From Bacilli bacterium (GTDB lineage: Bacteria; Bacillota_I; Bacilli_A; RFN20; CAG-826): a DNA stretch of 64,000 bases. Below are positions 61,171 through 64,000 of the stretch, piece after piece. A model generated the notes under the pieces. That model was not told where the DNA came from, did not search any database, and saw only the letters and a program-made list of their open reading frames with translations. The translations under genes were made by a program, and so were the position numbers. The stretch is from the NCBI GenBank assembly GCA_017442875.1, contig JAFSPN010000024.1, forward strand, positions 7,143 through 71,142. The letters are read 5' to 3'. The first letter of the stretch is position 1, and each line of letters starts with the position of its first letter.

Positions 61171-62466
61171 CTAATCTTCACTTAATAAATCAGGTAAACC
61201 GTTCTTATAGTTATTAAGAATGGCTCTGATTTGATCGTCGGTGCTATTAGTTGTCACTGCTTTAGCAGTTGTGCTTAAAGCGACGAACCAAGCACCTGGA
61301 CATTGTCCTTGTTGTTTAGCGTATTCGTGTTGTTTGGCTAAAGCCGCTAAACCTGGGTGTGATTTAACTTCGTCTCTAGCGGAGGCATCATTATTTGTTG
61401 GGCCCCAAGAAACTTCTTTAAATCTTTCTGTTTGGCAACTAGCACCAGTCAAATATTTCGCTAATTTTCGACACACGGATGCTTTCTTTGCATCGACTTG
61501 TGGCTTAACGCCCATTAATTTATAGCCATCGAATGAACTTAAGTGATAATCTTGTCCATCGACGGTAAAGTATGGCATTTCCGCACAACCTAAACGATCT
61601 GGCCCAATTCTATTAAGGGCGACTTCATATTCCCAAACACCAGAGATAACCGCAGCAGCGGTACCATTGAGTTTGGATGCTTGCGAGTTAGAAGCGACCA
61701 CTGATGTATCAGCGATTTCTTTTAAGCCTTTAGCGGCAATTAAGCCTTTATCATCACTTGCGAAGTCATCTTCGTAACCCACGAACTTACCAGATCTTTC
61801 ATCGAGTTCCCAAGTGGAAGAGCAACCTGTTGCTAAGAAGTAGCTAGCGGCATAGAAGCCGTTACTTCTACCTTCAAAGTTAAGAACTTTTCCAGCGGCT
61901 CTACATTTCGCTAAGATGCTTGTCATATTTGTCGCATCAGCGTCAGAGATATATTGCTTATCGTAATATAAGAAATAACCATTATCGCTTGTGATTGGAT
62001 AAGCGTAGATATTGTCATTGATTGAAGCCGCTTTAACGGAATCCGCACTATTATTGCTTCTTACAAATGAATCGTAGCTGCCAGTTAATCTAGAAACCGC
62101 ACCAGCGACTTTTAATCTCGCTAATTGGTCTTGCGCAAAGACGAAGATATCCGCACCGCTTTGAACGTCTTGTAACATTGAGGAAGCAGCCGTTCCTTCG
62201 GATTGTGGTTCGACCGTAGCGTTAATGGTGTATTTACCACCACTAGAAGAAACAAATTCTTGAATTTGTGTTTGTGTGAGAGGAACGATTTTATCGTCAA
62301 CCCACACTTTGATGTTGTATGTGCCGGCGTCATCGATACCATCATCGACTTCGTCCATATCATCTCCACCCATTACTAAGCCTTTAATTGTATAGGAGTA
62401 TTTGAAATTACAGCTCGCTAATAAGAGGGCTGGGAGGATAAATAATAATTTAAATCTATTTTTCAT
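61171..62466 (-). CDS. malE: Maltodextrin-binding lipoprotein (MalE/MdxE-like)
   Basis: MKNRFKLLFILPALLLASC contains a lipobox. ATG 62466 lies 7 nt after GAGGAGG. The protein is SBP-sized and sits upstream of the permeases. Confidence 0.75.
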   Translation of the reverse strand: MKNRFKLLFILPALLLASCNFKYSYTIKGLVMGGDDMDEVDDGIDDAGTYNIKVWVDDKIVPLTQTQIQEFVSSSGGKYTINATVEPQSEGTAASSMLQDVQSGADIFVFAQDQLARLKVAGAVSRLTGSYDSFVRSNNSADSVKAASINDNIYAYPITSDNGYFLYYDKQYISDADATNMTSILAKCRAAGKVLNFEGRSNGFYAASYFLATGCSSTWELDERSGKFVGYEDDFASDDKGLIAAKGLKEIADTSVVASNSQASKLNGTAAAVISGVWEYEVALNRIGPDRLGCAEMPYFTVDGQDYHLSSFDGYKLMGVKPQVDAKKASVCRKLAKYLTGASCQTERFKEVSWGPTNNDASARDEVKSHPGLAALAKQHEYAKQQGQCPGAWFVALSTTAKAVTTNSTDDQIRAILNNYKNGLPDLLSED

Positions 62467-62480
62467 CTTCATACCTCCTC

Positions 62481-62960
62481 CTATTCATTACTGACCCAAA
62501 TACCATAAAGGTTAAGGATGTTAAATTGTTTATAGTCTTGTTTGAAGTCCCAAAGATTAGAGCCAATTGATGATGGATACTCTGAATAACCTAAGAACTT
62601 CGTATAAAGAGGATCGGCCGCATTAGCGCTTGTTAACATCGCTTTAGCTGGGCATTCACCTAAAGGTTTGAGCATGTACCATCTCATAACGTAAACTGGT
62701 TCGTTAGCGTTAGCTTGGACATACTCTTCATCGGTCTTATCTGTTGATGGAAGTTCACTATGTGAATAATCCAAATAGAAATAGATGGTCATATTGAATT
62801 CCGCGTCAATATCCGGAAGAGCGGGATCCGCACCTTCGTTTTGATTGAATGGATCGCCTGGATATGGCATATCCTCTCCTGGATCATAAACATAGTTATT
62901 ACAAGCCGCTAAGGCTGGAATGAGCAATAAGCTCATAAGAAATAATTTACTCTTTTTCAT
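62481..62960 (-). CDS. Small lipoprotein, starch-locus accessory
   Basis: MKKSKLFLMSLLLIPALAAC contains a lipobox. GGAGGGC RBS. The C-terminal F.GY....W.....LYGIW pattern resembles the Listeria-Bacteroides (InlB B) repeat. Confidence 0.5.
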   Translation of the reverse strand: MKKSKLFLMSLLLIPALAACNNYVYDPGEDMPYPGDPFNQNEGADPALPDIDAEFNMTIYFYLDYSHSELPSTDKTDEEYVQANANEPVYVMRWYMLKPLGECPAKAMLTSANAADPLYTKFLGYSEYPSSIGSNLWDFKQDYKQFNILNLYGIWVSNE

Positions 62961-62972
62961 CTTATTGCCCTC

Positions 62973-64000
62973 CTAATTATTCGTACCATGACGGTCATAA
63001 TATAAGACCGCATTGTTAGCCACTCCACCAAAGTGAACAGCGTTATCATAAACGTTGCCAGTTGGAGAAATGCCATATTCAAATTTTAATGACCAAGCAT
63101 TCATCTTATCGCAGTCGCATTGGATGTAGTCATTAGCGCCAACAATACCAGCACATGTATAAACAAACGCTTCGTTAGCTTGGAATGCTACAGCATTACC
63201 AAAGTTACCAGCTTCTGACCAGTATCTATTCATAACACCTGCACCTGCGGAAGTTGAACCAACAAAGGCGCCATAGCCATTGTTTTCGCCTCTCTTCTTG
63301 AGTAAACCCTTATGGGATTTAATCAAATCAGCGAACTTTTCAACGTAATGGAATACTTCATTAGTAATCTTATCGTTAGCGTCATGACCAATGACTTCAA
63401 CTTTGTTACCCCATTTGAAGGAGTTGAGTTCTAAAGGAGCGTTATAGGAGTTGTGAGAAATCTTATGACCCCACATCTCTGTATAACTATCTTTAGTGAC
63501 ACCAGCGTAATCTTCTGGATTGATGCCTTTATATTCTTTTGTTCTTAATAACTCTTCACCACCGAGGATGAAAGCGGCGCTATTGCCAGCCATCACTAAG
63601 GCGTGAGCTTGCAAAGAACCTCTCATAATCGATTCGATTGTAGCAGGTCTACTACCATCCGCGCTCTTTGGCATTGTATTAAAGAGTTGATCTCTCACTG
63701 TCCAGTTATCGTGACAGGACACGTAGTTAACGGTTTGTTCTGGATAGTAACCAGCAATTTGACCGTTAGTGTTAACGTTTCTATTAACGCCCCACATGCC
63801 GTCTGAAATCTTATCTAAACGATCGTAATCACAGTACCAATTACCGTTACCATCTTGTTTCCAGTTACCGGTTTGGACAAAACCCGCTTGTGGGTAAGTG
63901 ATTTCTTGACCCCACATACTGTTTTCGCCTCTCACAGCGTTTCTAAAGCAGTCATTGAAACCGCCTAAGTATGTACTTTGAGGATTGCCTTTAAATTGAT
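62973..64000 (-). CDS. Pullulanase / GH13 debranching enzyme, C-terminal part (5' end beyond the window)
   Basis: The frame is open to the window edge (..QFKGNPQSTYLGGFNDCFRNAVRGENSMWGQ..). NYVSCHDNWTVRDQL is the pullulanase-type region IV. Confidence 0.8.
   Translation of the reverse strand, partial: QFKGNPQSTYLGGFNDCFRNAVRGENSMWGQEITYPQAGFVQTGNWKQDGNGNWYCDYDRLDKISDGMWGVNRNVNTNGQIAGYYPEQTVNYVSCHDNWTVRDQLFNTMPKSADGSRPATIESIMRGSLQAHALVMAGNSAAFILGGEELLRTKEYKGINPEDYAGVTKDSYTEMWGHKISHNSYNAPLELNSFKWGNKVEVIGHDANDKITNEVFHYVEKFADLIKSHKGLLKKRGENNGYGAFVGSTSAGAGVMNRYWSEAGNFGNAVAFQANEAFVYTCAGIVGANDYIQCDCDKMNAWSLKFEYGISPTGNVYDNAVHFGGVANNAVLYYDRHGTNN

Overview
AT-rich chromosomal segment, about 85% coded on the minus strand, read with the standard genetic code. 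All long ORFs are intact with TGA as a stop. The many lipoproteins and the exo-enzymes anchored by terminal TM helices suggest a low-GC Firmicutes/Mollicutes-type organism, possibly wall-less and Acholeplasma-like; this is inference only. Housekeeping blocks: galE-ligA-pcrA; asnS; tsaE-tsaB-rimI-tsaD with a DUF402 phosphatase; ung; rlmH-yycJ-like-dnaB-rplI-gdpP; tRNA-Ala(GGC); tRNA-Arg(CCU); tmRNA. Accessory blocks: (i) tagD/licD with two tandem glutaminase-less asparagine-synthase-like paralogs. (ii) A TPP riboswitch driving a ThiT fusion protein. (iii) A COG2984/4120/1101-type ABC transporter preceded by what looks like a Phe/Tyr-rich leader peptide and a chain of mutually exclusive helices ending in a terminator. 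(iv) Two modules, each a domain-permuted GH3 enzyme plus an accessory membrane protein, flanking ssrA and a frameshifted YhcG-type nuclease gene, next to araC-type regulator and xylA genes. (v) A starch/maltodextrin locus (pullulanase fragment, MalEFGK-like transporter with an in-frame stop in the MalF-like gene, GH13 amylase lipoprotein), followed directly by an operon of three proteins with SipW-type signal peptides, two carrying starch-binding-module-like domains, and a SipW-type signal peptidase. I rank the leader-peptide attenuator and the SipW/TasA-like starch-associated operon as the most novel candidates. No CRISPR array, IS element, rRNA or obvious prophage was seen. All family assignments rest on motif recognition by eye; no searches were run.
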